Shown in pieces: positions 10,621 to 23,088 of a stretch of DNA of 39,041 nt. Below the pieces are notes generated by a model. The model searched no databases and was not told the DNA's origin. It worked only from the letters and a program-made list of their open reading frames with translations. Each line of letters opens with the position of its first letter. Within the stretch, counting starts at the first letter, position 1. The stretch is from Octopus bimaculoides (taxonomy: Eukaryota). The stretch is from positions 123,504,649 through 123,543,689 of the forward strand of contig NC_068983.1 of assembly GCF_001194135.2 (NCBI RefSeq). The letters run 5' to 3'. A program made the position numbers and the translations under genes.

Positions 10621-11085
10621 AATAATTGCACTTATACCCATGCATTTGGTGATAGATGATATAAAAAATTTAGTTCAATAAAACAAAAATACTTTTCACT
10701 ATCCACTCACCACTGCCACCTACACCACCATCATCATCACAGTAGCAAAGCTCAGTCAAAGTTGCTTTGTTTTTGTTTAGTTCAGCTGTTTGTTTAAATC
10801 TACTTTCCTTGCTGTCAATGTTTCTCTCTATTCTGAAAATACAAAGTTCAAATAACAAGGTAAAAATTATAAATAACACCTACAGCTATTTTGTTAAGTT
10901 ATTGCACATTCATGGAAAAATCTGTCTTTCTATCTTTGATGAGTTTATTATTATATCTGATATAAGCCCTCTTTCTTCCATCTACCCATCTATGGATTTG
11001 TCAATGTGGGTAGATAGAGAAATAGATTCACAGACAGAAAATATAAGAAATTGAATATTAAAATGTTTTTTTTTCTTGTCAGTCA

Positions 11086-11550
11086 CATCATCATCATCAT
11101 TCATCATCGTTTAACATCCGCTTTCCATGCTAGCATGGGTTGGACGATTTGACTGAGGACTGGTGGACCAGGAGGCGACACCAGGCTCCAATCTGATTTG
11201 GCAGAGTTTCTACAGCTGGATGCCCTTCCTAACGCCAACCACTCCAAGAGTGTAGTGGGTGCTTTTATGTGCCACCAACACGAGGGCCAGTCAGGTGGTA
11301 CTGGCGACGACCACGCTCGAAATGGTGTATTTTACGTGCCACCTGCACAGGAGCCAGTCCATCGGCACTGGCAACAATCTCGCTCAAATGTCTTACTGAC
11401 AACGGCCACGCTCAAAATGGTGTATTTTACGTGAAACCTGCACAGGAGCCAGTCCATCGGCACTGGCAATGATCTCGCTCGAATGTCTTTTCGTGTGCCA
11501 CTGGCACAAGTGCCAGGGAGGCGATGTTGGTAACGATCAACGGCCACACT
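11086..11550 (-). mobile_element. (GAT)n-tailed SINE with internal 95-bp tandem duplication
   Basis: (CAT)n-CGTTTAACATCCGCTTTCCATGCTAGCATGGGTTGGACG... is the reverse complement of 1-208. Repeat units start at 11311 and 11406. Confidence 0.85.
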
Positions 11551-12110
11551 CAAATATATAATGTTTAAAATTTGGCTCTGCTAAACACTTTATATTTCTC
11601 TCACTTTTTATCTCTGCTTCTTACTTCAACAAACTTTTCAACCATGTAATTTCCGTCTTCGTGTCTATCATTTCTCTCTTTCTCTTTCTCTCTCATTGGT
11701 TGGCAAAGCGTCACTACTCCCTCTTTATCTGCCTCTCACTCTTAATATAAATGCCCCCCCCCCTCTATCTGCATTTCTTTTAATACACCATCAGAACATC
11801 ACCTTTCTGCTAGACACTGTATTTTGAACTCTCTCTATATCTCTCCCTTACACTAATCTCTTACATGTAATAACTATTTTTTCTCCACTGCCTACATAAT
11901 ATCTTTAACACTTCTCTCTCCCTCTTTTTCTCTCACTCTTCACCTCTCTCTTCAACTAACTACTCTACAGTGTAACTCATTCAACTTTATCAAACTAATA
12001 TGTAGGTAATGATTCCAAATTTTGACACAAGGCCAGTATTTGAACTCAGAACATAAGCATGGATGAAATGCTGCTAAGCATTTTGTCTGACATGCTAGCA
12101 ATTCACTGCC

Positions 12111-12154
<44 letters not shown>

Positions 12155-12544
12155 CTTATATTGTAAAAGAGAAGCTGATCTCCATCTATTTGTCACAAGA
12201 TATATGTGAAGGAGAGGAAGAAATGAAAAAGTTGTTGTTGAGAGAGAAATACACTGAGAAAGGGAGAGCATGTGTGAACGATAGATAGTTAATGTTGTCA
12301 CCATAGTAACTAACAAGTTTTGATTTAAAATGTGGGTACTTTAAGTGCAAGTCTGTCAACACAATGCCACCACAAACTACAAAAAAAGAGACTTTCAAAA
12401 TATAACGATATAGATAGTTATTTGTTTAGTTGTGTGTATGTACATGTATTTCTATGTCTGTGTCTGTATTTCTGTATGATTTTCAACATTGTGACAACCC
12501 AACCAGAATTTAAAAAAAAGACTTTCATTTGATAGATATGACAG

Positions 12545-12841
12545 GTTAGCTTGGGAGGGTAAGCAGTTGTGATTGATGAAAAAGGTGGTATTAGTACCAA
12601 TAAATGTCGGAGACCTGGGAACAATGAGTAAAAATCTTGAGAAGTACAGGGAATGAATGATGGCCGCAATAAGGGTGGAGCACTTGCAGAAAACAGCATT
12701 GTTTGGAACTGCTTGAATACTCCGGATGGTACTTGAAAAATAAAGGATGTTACCTTAGTTCACTGGTAGTGAACAGCTGGCACCATAGTACATCTCCGGT
12801 GATAGAAGCTGTGCAAAGACAATAATAATAATAATAATAAT
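12545..12841 (+). mobile_element. R4/Dong-like (RLE) LINE 3' end with (AAT)n tail
   Basis: KKVVLVPINVGDLGTMSKNLEKY...VEHLQKTALFGTA*ILRMVLEK* (stop 12741-12743), short 3' UTR, then (AAT)n. Confidence 0.8.
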
Positions 12842-13035
12842 GGTTTCAAATTTTATCACAAGGCCAACAATTTTAGGGGAAGGGTAAGTCGATTACATCG
12901 CCCCCAGTGCTTGACTAATACTTATTTTATCAACCTCCAAAAGGATGAAAGGCAAAGTCAGCCTTGGCAGAATTTGAACTCTGAATGTAAAGATGGACAA
13001 AATGCCGCCAAGCATTTAGCCTGGCATACTAATGA
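12842..13035 (-). mobile_element. SINE family B, near full length
   Basis: Same core as 7521-7920 and 17155-17365, flanked by (AAT)n. Confidence 0.8.
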
Positions 13036-13053
13036 TTCTGCCAGCTTCCTGCC

Positions 13054-13090
<37 letters not shown>

Positions 13091-13636
13091 GGTTTTCTGA
13101 TTTAGGTAGAAGATAACTTCAAAAGAATGGAAGTCAAAGCTAAGCTCAGCAAGACTTGAACTCAGAATGTAAAGAACAGGAAGAAATAGCGCAAGGCATT
13201 TTTCTGAATAATAACAATTTTTCTCCCATAATTGTCTTTAACAAAGAGATTTCAAGAAATATTTCTTTTATTTTTCTGATATTCTTTTATCATCTAATCA
13301 ATGCTAAAGACTTGCTGGATATATAGTGAATGTTTTTTGACAGATTTAATAAATCAAAAACTTGGATTAATCTGTCTGTCCAGCTATCTTCCACTGTAAC
13401 AACCTGGCCAATAAACAATCGGTTCTTATTGGTTTTAATAACTCTTGGACAAAAATACAAAAACTTTGGCACCAGAACTAGATTTATCTTCAGTGATTGT
13501 TTTTATTGACAATGACAGCTGACAAGATGAGATTTTACTAGTCTCTTAGTTTTTTTGTTGTTTTTCTTTTCTTTTTCTTTTTTTATCTTTTAGATTCAGT
13601 TTTTCTTTTACATATGGATAATCTATCTTCAGATAG

Positions 13637-13675
13637 TTACTACTACTACTACTACTACTGCTGCTGCTGCTGTGG

Positions 13676-13725
<50 letters not shown>

Positions 13726-13745
13726 GCCACTTCCACTGCTACTAT

Positions 13746-13805
<60 letters not shown>

Positions 13806-13822
13806 GTCTACCGCTGCTGCTA
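13637..13822. repeat. (TAC)/(TGC)/(CAC) compound trinucleotide microsatellite about 110 bp upstream of an FA2H acceptor
   Basis: Direct reading; source of the poly-Y/T/S/V ORFs. Confidence 0.95.
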
Positions 13823-13928
13823 AACAGACTATAGACAGATGGACAGATAGGCACACACACACGCGGAATTTTACATAAATACATACAATGAATTAATTTT
13901 ATTTGATGTCATATTTGTTTGTCTGCAG

Positions 13929-14095
13929 GTATTGAGATCAAATCCCACCATCTCCTATTGCTGTACATAGCAGGACTGTTTCAGTGGACCCTACTTGAAT
14001 ATTTGATACACCGCTGGCTTTTTCACTTACGTCCTGTTATTAATTCACCGTTCTTCATTCGAATGCACTTCATCTTACATGGACAACATCACAAG
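13929..14095 (+). CDS. FA2H: FA2H coding exon with His boxes HRWLFH and HFILHGQHH
   Basis: Acceptor gtctgCAG ends at 13928, donor GTAAA at 14096. Phase 1 in completes the Gly codon from the previous exon; phase 0 out. WTLLEYLIHRWLFH...HGQHHK is diagnostic of the FA2H sterol-desaturase-type domain. Confidence 0.96.
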
Positions 14096-14453
14096 GTAAA
14101 AACTCTGACTTTTTAAGGAAACTATTTTTTTTTATGTATGGAAGACTTATTTCATCATCATCATCATTTAACATCTACTTTTCCATGAGGAACATGTCTC
14201 TTATATGTCTGTGGAATACTCAGCCACCTCCATACTAATATTATCTATGCTTGCATGGGTCAGCTGGAGCTTATTGAGGTAGATTTTCTATGACTGGATG
14301 CACTTCTTGTCACCAATCTTCACCAGTTTCCAAGTAAGATATTTCCTGATGTTTTTGTAGAATATTGGAAATGAATGACACTGCTTGTATGACAGGGACA
14401 CTCATTTACAATTATCACACAAAGTCAAGACAAGGAGGCACAAACATTCATAT

Positions 14454-14486
<33 letters not shown>

Positions 14487-14507
14487 TACATATATATATA
14501 TACATAT

Positions 14508-15445
14508 AAACAATATCAGTACATGCATATATATGTACATGTATGTATATACGTTCATCTACATGTACATATAGATACATAACTGGGTACATGACGTGGC
14601 AAAAGAACAAGGACAAAATGGTAAACAAGGTGCAACAAACAAGCAGGCCACATAGAAACATCCCCTTCATCAGCTGCCACCATTAAAACTCCGGCGTTTC
14701 GAAGAATTAAGGCAGTACGCACCGTTAAAATGGTTCTTCCCACGAACATAAATCAAATTGTTTTCGTGGAGGGTAGTGGCGGACGGAAAACGAAAAGGTG
14801 AAATAAACAAACAAAAAGGCTGTACAGCCAGACGTGAAGTGTGTATGTCTTGAACGCTGTGAAGCACGTACAGGAGGGGCAAAGAAGTACATGCGAGCTT
14901 GGTGATTCCAAGAACGAAAAAAGATAGCAGCCGGACACACGTGACCAAAGCTGTGTGAAGAGAAAGAATAGCAGAGGGAAAAGGAGGGGAGGAAGTAGAA
15001 TAAAAGTGAGCAACGAGAGGTAGAGAGAGATAGTAGTAGTAACGGTGAAAGGCGAAGGACAAGTAACAAAAGATAGAGAGAGAGAGAGAGAAGTAGTGAC
15101 AGGTAGAGGCAAAGAACAGTAGAGGGAAGAATGAGAGGGGGAGAAAGAAATAGAGAGAGTCACATTAGAAAAATAGTCAAAACTTACTGTATAAAGGTAA
15201 CGCGTGCGTTCTGTCGTGATACAAACAATATGAGTATATGCATATATATGTACATGTATGTATATACATTCATCTACATGTACATATAGATACATAACTG
15301 GGTACATGACGTGGCAAAAGAACACGGACAAAATGGTAAACAAGGTGCAACAAACAAGCAGGCCACATAGAAACATCCCTTTCATCAGCTACCACCATTA
15401 AAACTCCGGCGTTTCGAAGAATTAAGGCAGTACGCATCGTTAAAA
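14508..15445 (-). mobile_element. Direct-repeat-bounded non-coding element (223-bp repeats 14508-14730 and 15223-15445; 715-bp period)
   Basis: The two repeats differ at only a handful of positions; the internal part is purine-rich on +. The partial-tandem layout resembles PLE pseudo-LTRs; the right end runs into a gap. Confidence 0.6.
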
Positions 15446-15779
15446 GTGNNNNNNNNNNNNNNNNNNNNNNNNNNNNNNNNNNNNNNNNNNNNNNNNNNNN
15501 NNNNNNNNNNNNNNNNNNNNNNNNNNNNNNNNNNNNNNNNNNNNNNNNNNNNNNNNNNNNNNNNNNNNNNNNNNNNNNNNNNNNNNNNNNNNNNNNNNNN
15601 NNNNNNNNNNNNNNNNNNNNNNNNNNNNNNNNNNNNNNNNNNNNNNNNNNNNNNNNNNNNNNNNNNNNNNNNNNNNNNNNNNNNNNNNNNNNNNNNNNNN
15701 NNNNNNNNNNNNNNNNNNNNNNNNNNNNNNNNNNNNNNNNNNNNNNNNNNNNNNNNNTTTCTCTCACTCTTTCTTCCTG

Positions 15780-15982
15780 TTTCTGTTGTACCTGTATTTC
15801 AAAAGGGCCAGCCTTGTCACACTGTGTCACGCTGAATATCCCCGAGAACTACGTCAAGGGTACACGTGTCTGTGGAGTGCTCAGCCACTTGCACGTTAAT
15901 TTCACGAGCAGGCTGTTCCGTTGATCGGATCAACTGGATCAACTGGAACCCTCGACGTCGTTAGCGACGAAGTGCCAACAAT
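15780..15982 (+). mobile_element. CpG-rich interspersed repeat 3' end (likely SINE/LINE tail)
   Basis: CpG content well above the flanks, small GATCAACTG tandem duplication, abuts an inverted (GAT)-SINE fragment at about 15980-16078. Confidence 0.45.
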
Positions 15983-17154
15983 CCATGCTGGCATGGGTTG
16001 GACGGTTTGACTGAGGACTGGCCAGCCAGAAGGCTGCACCAGGCTCCAATCTGATCTGGCAAGGTTTCTACAGCTGGAGTTTAGGTTGTATTTCTGGCAA
16101 GTTGAGTGACCATGTGGAAACATTATGATATTTGAGTGTTGATGTTGTCATTTAGTCCTGTCTCAGTCCTGATTTGGTACATCTATGATCAAAGACTTTT
16201 TAATTATGACATCTCCTATGTTTACAGGTACATAGGAATGCAATTGTCATTTTCTTACTTTTAGATCATAGGGATTTAAGAAAGATATAGCTACTAAATC
16301 TAATCAGGTCAACTGACTGTGGAGAAGTTTCCTTGTTAGCTGGGCTATATGTATAGGGATACAGGTTTGAGACAAGATAGAAATAGAAGTGATGTTCATA
16401 TTTTTCCTAACCCAAAGAGTCTTAGGTCATAGATGAAGTAAAAGGACTTCAATGAGAACATGAAGCTACATGATATATAAACCAGAGATGGAGCCTCTAC
16501 ATATTCATGCACCTTGCTAGAAATAGCAGTATCATCTCTACCCCATCATACCCTACTATCATAAAAACTGGAAAAGTACATTAGATAAGATAACCCTAAG
16601 GCAAACTTTGTTTAAAACGAAAAGACAGGTTAGTCATGGTTAGAATGCCTTTACTCATAGATCTGCTCAATCATGTCTAGTCTTGGATTAAACAACAGCA
16701 ATCTTCACTTTCTGGAAGTTTATCTCTAACTCAGCAGAGTCCAATATGTTGCATTTCCATTAAGCTCAATCTCCTATATTTCAGGGAGGAAATATAAAAG
16801 GAAGATAAAATGAGAAAAGGAAGATGTAATGTTCATTCCTTTCCAAAAGACACAGGCAAAATGGTGTGACTTTTATTGGAGTTTGAAACAACATCATGAC
16901 CTTGATGTTATGGTAGCTTACCTTTCACCATCTCTAACATTAGACACAAGGTTTAATGGATGAATGTCATTGATTATATCAGTCATATGATTGACTGTTA
17001 TTTATTTGATCAACCCAGAGATGATGAAAGGCTAAAATGATTTCAGGAGGACTGGAAGTCAGAACAATAAATGAATGTGATTAAACACTGCTGGGCCTTT
17101 ATCTGCCATTCTATTGACTCTTTTAATCCCTCACACTTACTGTGTAAAATATTG

Positions 17155-17365
17155 ATTTCAAACTTTGGCATAAGGCCAAGTTTGGGAGAAAGACTAAGTT
17201 GATTAAATCAATCTCAGTGTTCAACTGGTACTTATTTTACCAACTTCGAAAGGATGAAAGGCAAAGTCAACCTTGGTGGAATTCGAACTCAGAACGCAAA
17301 GGCAGATGAAATGCCATTAAGCATTTTGCCCAATTTGCTAACAATTCTGCCAGCTTGTTGCTTTA
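17155..17365 (-). mobile_element. SINE family B copy
   Basis: CAACTGGTACTTATTTT...GGATGAAAGGCAAAGTCAACCTTGGTGGAATTCGAACTCAGAAC. Confidence 0.8.
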
Positions 17366-17690
17366 CACCGTGTAAAATATTATGATTGATTTACCATAAA
17401 GCAATTCCCTTAACTTCATGGAGAAGCTATGGAAATTATCGTTGCTGTTGTTGATAATAATACTAGTTGTTTAGCCCCAAGTAAATTGTAATTCAGTAAA
17501 ATCATGGTAAAAAGTGTTCCAGCCATGGTCTTCCTGTGTCAGTTCAATGTATATGTCAGTAATGTTTAGATATTAACGACGTATATATGTTTGTGTTTAT
17601 ATTTCAATAACATTTAAATGTTAGTAATTATGGTAGTGTATATGTTAGTAATGTGTTTATGTCAGCAATATTTGTATATAAATTATGTGT

Positions 17691-18102
17691 ATAGGCATAG
17701 GAGTGGCTATGTGGTAAGTAGCTTGCTTACCATCCACATGGCTCCAGGTTCAGTCCCACTGCGTGGCACCTTGGGCAAGTGTCTTCTAATCTAGCTTCGG
17801 GCTGACCAAAGCCTTGTGAGTGGATTTGGTAGACGGAAACTGAAAGAAACCCGTCGTATATATGTATATATATATATATATGTTTGTGTGTCTGTGTTTG
17901 TCTCCCCAACATTGCTTGACAACCGATGCTGGTGTGTTTAGGTCCCTGTAACTTAGCGGTTTGGCAAAAGAGACCGATAGAATAAGTACTAGGCTTACAA
18001 AGAATAAGTCTTGGGGTTGATTTGCTCGACTAAAGGCGGTGCTCCAGCATGGCCATAGTCAAATGACTGAAACAAGTAAAAGAGTAAAAGAGAGTAAAAG
18101 AG
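17691..18102 (+). mobile_element. tRNA-derived SINE family A, full length (head, central TA/TG microsatellite, AGTAAAAG tail)
   Basis: GTGGCTATGTGGTAAG A-box-like, GGTTCAGTCCC B-box-like, CCTTGGGCAAGT core-like segment, repeated AGTAAAAG tail; multiple homologs in the window. Confidence 0.85.
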
Positions 18103-18169
18103 TATATGTCAATAATGTCTATATGCTCGTAATCTGTGTATTTATATCTGATGATAATGATGGCCATAG

Positions 18170-18545
18170 CTGTAATGGTGTAAGAGTATTGGTAATTATG
18201 TGTTAATGGTAGTTGTGGTAGTCATGGTAGTGGCTGAGATAACAGTGGTGTTAATGCAGTATAAATATTTTAGAGATACCAAGTAGAAAATAAAAACTTT
18301 TGAAACTGTTTGGATAGAGAGGTAGTCATGATGGTAATGATGATGACGATGATGATGATGGGACAATGATGATGAAGATGGACGATGATGAGGAGGAGGA
18401 GGAGGATGAAGAGGAGGAGAAGGTGGAGGTAACAACAGTTGTAGTCACAATGATGGTGATGGTGGTGATGGTGCTGGTGATGATGATGATGATGATGATG
18501 ACGACGACAATGATGATGGGAAGAAGGAGGAGGAAAAAGATCTGT
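18170..18545. repeat. GAT/GAG/GGT-rich low-complexity tract
   Basis: Direct reading. Confidence 0.8.
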
Positions 18546-19274
18546 TCTTTTATCTTTAAAAATTGCTTTTGAAAGAATGTTCTTTTTTTTTTTTATATTT
18601 CCAAATGTCTTAAACTTTCTACTTATATGATGTAATCAGTAACTTGGTCACACAACAGGTAATACATATACATTGTTTCGGTGTTTATCATCTACATCTA
18701 AATCTTAATCAGTTAATTTATAAGCTTGCTCATACTTTCATGGTTTATTCTCACCCAAAAATCAATTTTGAAGCATGATATTTCACAAGATTAAACATTT
18801 GTAGAAAAGCTTATCTACCAGGAGCTGAATGACTCAGAAATTATCATGCAGAGATAAAACAGTACAGTTAAAATTTCAGGAAATAATTTTTAATATCTAA
18901 TTTGAGATGATGGTAGGGTGGATACTCTGTTATGTTATTGGTAACACCATCGTTCAACAAGCAATAAATACCTGGTAGTTGTCTGTTGTACATTCTCTGA
19001 CTCAAATACGTACTTTTAAAGACTAATATCTTCATTTCCACCTCAACATATCTACTGGTGGTAAGAATCTACTTAGGATTTCCTGATAAGCAGCTCTACT
19101 GAACATCAGTTTTTACCAATGCCAAATTGCCACGGCTTTTGGCCAACTTCCAACACTTTCTCTAACAGCTGTACTATTCGCCTACCTCTAGGCAGGCAGG
19201 TTGGTTGGTTGGTTGGTTGGTTGGTTGGTTGGCTGGTTGGTGGCTAACTTGTTTTATTCACAGCTGCACTTGAT

Positions 19275-19275
19275 T

Positions 19276-19319
<44 letters not shown>

Positions 19320-19595
19320 TTACTGCTGCTGCTACTGCTGCTATTACTACTACAGGAAATACAAAATTCTTCATTCAACATCGCATTCTTCTGCATTCAG
19401 CTCAGTATTGCGGGGTGCTTCTATTGTCACCACCACCACCACTTCCATCACAACATGGGGGTGGTGTCTGTGGTAGTAGTAGTAGTAGTAATAGTAGTAG
19501 TAGTGATGATGGTGATGGTAGTTTTGGTAGTAGTGGTTGTAGTTGAGATGAGGATATCATAGTAATGATGATGATATTATTATTATTATTATTAT

Positions 19596-19659
<64 letters not shown>

Positions 19660-19795
19660 GGTGGTGGTGGCGGTGATGGTGGTGGGAGTAGTAATGATAA
19701 TGATAGTAGTTATGAGAGTAGTTGTAGAAGTAGTAATAGTTGTGGTAGTAGTAGAGTGGCAGTGGTACTGGTACCGGTGGTGGTGGTGGTGCTGG
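19275..19795. repeat. (TAC)n and (TAG)/(TGG)n trinucleotide tracts
   Basis: Direct reading. Confidence 0.85.
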
Positions 19796-19869
19796 TCTGC
19801 TCAAACAAATCCATGATCATATGATTGTGAGTTCAAGATCTTAAACACTAGGCTTGTGGCCTTGTGATT

Positions 19870-20252
19870 AGGGTGTAGTGAGAATTTTGCTTCCAAGCCA
19901 CAAGGTTCCAGGTTCAGTCCCATTGTGTAGCACTTTGGGCAAGTGTCTTCTACTATAGCCCTAGGCCAATCAATGTTTATAAATAGATTTGGTAGACAGA
20001 AAGTGAAAGAAGCCCATAGTGTGTGTGTGTATGTTTACTTTTGTATTTCTGTTTGTCTCCTGTTGCTTGACAATCAATGTTGATTTGTTTACATTCCTGT
20101 AACTTAGTGGTTTAGCAAAAAGAGACTGATAGAATAAGTACCAGGCTTTTAAAAAAATAAGGCCTGGAGTCAATTTGCTTGACTAAACACCTTCAAAGTG
20201 GTGAGCCAGCATGGACGCAGTCCAATGATTGACACATATCAAAGATAAAAGA
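19870..20252 (+). mobile_element. SINE family A, diverged copy
   Basis: Aligns along its length with 17691-18102. Confidence 0.8.
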
Positions 20253-20319
20253 CAGATTGGTTACCTGTCATTTTATGAAATTTTAATTAAACAAACTTTG
20301 TACAAACTGAATTTACTTA

Positions 20320-20528
20320 CTCTTTTACTTGTTTCAGTCATTTAACTGTGGCCATGCTGGAGCACCGCCTTTAGTCGAGCAAATCGACCCCAGGACTTAT
20401 TTTTTGTAAGCCTAGTACTTATTCTATCGGTCACTTTTGCCGAACCGCTAAGTTACGGGGACATTAACACACCAGCATCGGTTGTCAAGCGATGCTGGTG
20501 GGGGACAAACACAGACACACAAACATAT

Positions 20529-20600
<72 letters not shown>

Positions 20601-21893
20601 AAGAACGACCGTGCGAACCCAAAAGGGAGAAATGGTGACGAATGGAAAAAACAGGGCTCCTTTTATTAAATGCGTCACACGGTCGAACACAAAATATATC
20701 AAATGATATATATATGTTATACTTCGATAACAGTGAATTCGTAAATGGCCAGTAAAGAAGACGATAGAACACAACCGATAGAGATGAATAACAGAAATAT
20801 TTATTGTGACATTAAAATGTATGTCTGTGTGTGAGTGTGAATGCGACATATTAAAACATAATAAAAAACAGGCCGTCGTATAAAGAAAAGAGTGCGTGTA
20901 AGTGATACATGTATGTGTATGCGTGAGATGCAGCAGATAGTAAAAGAGTCAGTAACACGTGTGAGCATTTATACCAGTTCTTAGAGTACACAGTGGTATG
21001 TGTCTGTATGTAAGAAGTTGAGGCGTGTGTGTGTGGCAGTGCGATCACTCGTCGTGATGTTAGGGCTTCCATGCCGAGCCGGGTTCCTGAGTACAGACAT
21101 TTATCGCAGGCTGGGCTCTTGTCTATTATTTATCGTGGTGAAGACGAATCACACAAACAGAATCGAAGAGAGATGTGCCGCGGTTGTTTGGTTAGTTGGT
21201 GTACGTAGAAGTCATGTTGATGATGTTGGCGATGCTGGTAGTCGTAGTGTCATGTTGACTGGTGGTGATGCTGGTAGTAGTCGTAGAGTCATGTTGACTG
21301 GCGGTGGCGATGCTGGTAGTAGTCGTAGTTGTACGAAGCTGTTGATTGTTGTCGCTGGCTGCTGCTGCTGTGTGGTACACGGAACAGGTCTCTAAGAGAA
21401 CTGAACCGAGACGAATTTTGCCACTGAATTTAGGCTATTTAAAGCAAAATAGGGGCTCCAGAGAGGTATTAGAAAAACACTATCACGTGACCTTATTAAG
21501 GGCCACAGTTGGTCAGTTTGCGTTCTGGCGGGAACGGTACGAAGCAGTTGCCGCTTCAAATAATAATTAGTCATGTGATAAAAAGGAAAGATGTTTTCTA
21601 CTATGCCCGCACTTGTTTATATATAATAGTGAGAAGATGGTTTGTTTGTATATAATGGCGATAGTAGTTTTGTATATAATGGCGATAGGTAGTTTCACTA
21701 CATATATATATACACACACGCATATATATGACGGGCTTCTTTCAGTTTCCTTCTACCAAATCCACTCACAAGGCTTTGGTCGGCCCGAAGCTATAGTAGA
21801 AGACACTTGCCCAAGGTGCCACACAGTGGGACTGAACTCGGAGCCATGTGGTTGGTAAGCAAGCTACTTACCACACAGCCACTCCTAAGCCTT
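20320..21893 (-). mobile_element. SINE family A split by an LTR insertion (3' half 20320-20597, 5' half 21703-21893)
   Basis: Both halves are reverse complements of 17691-18102 and meet at the central microsatellite. Confidence 0.85.
20598..21702 (-). mobile_element. Solo LTR, family X copy 1 (1105 bp)
   Basis: Minus strand TGTAGTGAA...TTCTTACA termini, AATAAA near the 3' end, homologous to 21930-23070. TSD obscured by microsatellite (tgtg vs tata). Orientation inferred. Confidence 0.75.
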
Positions 21894-21929
21894 ATTTATA
21901 AAGTCATTAAAGTTTTTTTCTTTTTGTTA

Positions 21930-23070
21930 TGTAAGAACGACCGTGCGAACTCAAAAAGGAGAAATGGTGACGAATGGAAAAACAGGACTCCTTTTATTTA
22001 AAACGCGTCACACGGTCGAACACAAAATTATATATATCAAAGATGATATATAAATATGTTATACTTCGATAACATTAGTGAATTCTTAAATTGCCAAGTA
22101 ATTAAGATGATAGAAGATGATAAACACAACCGATAGAGATGTATAACAGAATTATTTATTGTGGCATTAAAGATATATGTCTGTGTGTGAGTGTGAATGC
22201 GACATATAAAAACATAATAAAAGACAGGCCGTCATATAAAGAAAAGAGTGTGTGTGATTGATACATGTATGTGTATGCGTTATAAACAGCAGATAAAAAA
22301 GAGAGTCAGTAACACGTGAGCATTTATACCAGTTTGTTGAGTACACAATAGGAAGAGTCTGTATGTGAAAGAAGTTGAGGCGTATGTGTGGCAGAGCGAT
22401 CACTAGTTGTGATGTTGTGGCTTCCATGCCAGGCCGGGTTCTTGAGGACAGACGTTTATCGCAGGCTGAAACTCTTGTCTGTTCATTTATCGTGGTGAAG
22501 CTGAAACACCGAACAGAATCGAAGAGAGAATATGTGCCGCAGTTACTGTTTGATTATTGGTGTACATAGTAAGTCGAGTTGACGTTGGAGGCGAAGCTGG
22601 TGATGATGCTGGTTAGTAGTCGTAGACTCGTGTTGCTGATGGCGACGTCGGTGTGTAGTCATTGTTGGACGAAGCTGTTGATGGAGTCGCTGGAACTGCT
22701 GCTGCTGCTGCTGTGTGGTACACGGAACAGTCTCTAAGAGAAACTGATCCGACACCAATTTGCCGGGTATGATTTGTTCTATTTATAGTGTTCTGGGGGC
22801 TCCAAGACCGTAGTAGAAAAACACTATCACGTGACCTTATTAGAGGCCGTGATTGGTCAGTTTGCGTTCTGGCGGGAACTGTTCGAAGAAGTTGCCGCTT
22901 CAAATAATAATCAGTCACGTGATGACAAGGAATTGTGTTTTCCACTACGCTCGCGCTTGTTTATATTTAAATGAGAAGATAGTTTGTATGTAATGGCGAT
23001 AGTAGTTTTGTATCTAATGGCGATAGGTAGTTTTGTATGTAATGGCGATTGAGGTGTTAGTTTCACTACA
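21930..23070 (-). mobile_element. Solo LTR, family X copy 2 (1141 bp) with 4-bp TSD GTTA
   Basis: GTTA at 21926-21929 and 23071-23074; TG...CA termini. Confidence 0.85.
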
Positions 23071-23088
23071 GTTACAAAACAATAAAGT

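Noticed and set aside
13546-13884. Poly-Ser/Thr/Tyr/Val ORFs on both strands
   Set aside because: Trinucleotide microsatellite; not connected to the FA2H splice phases.
11311-15445. CRISPR-like or prokaryotic-type repeat arrays
   Set aside because: Repeats here are two-copy duplications inside eukaryotic retroelements; no regular repeat-spacer array or cas-like ORF.
20714-20732. TGTTATACTTCGATAACA hairpin with superficial loxP resemblance (also near 22058)
   Set aside because: Only a 6-bp stem inside a solo LTR; lacks the 13-8-13 lox architecture.
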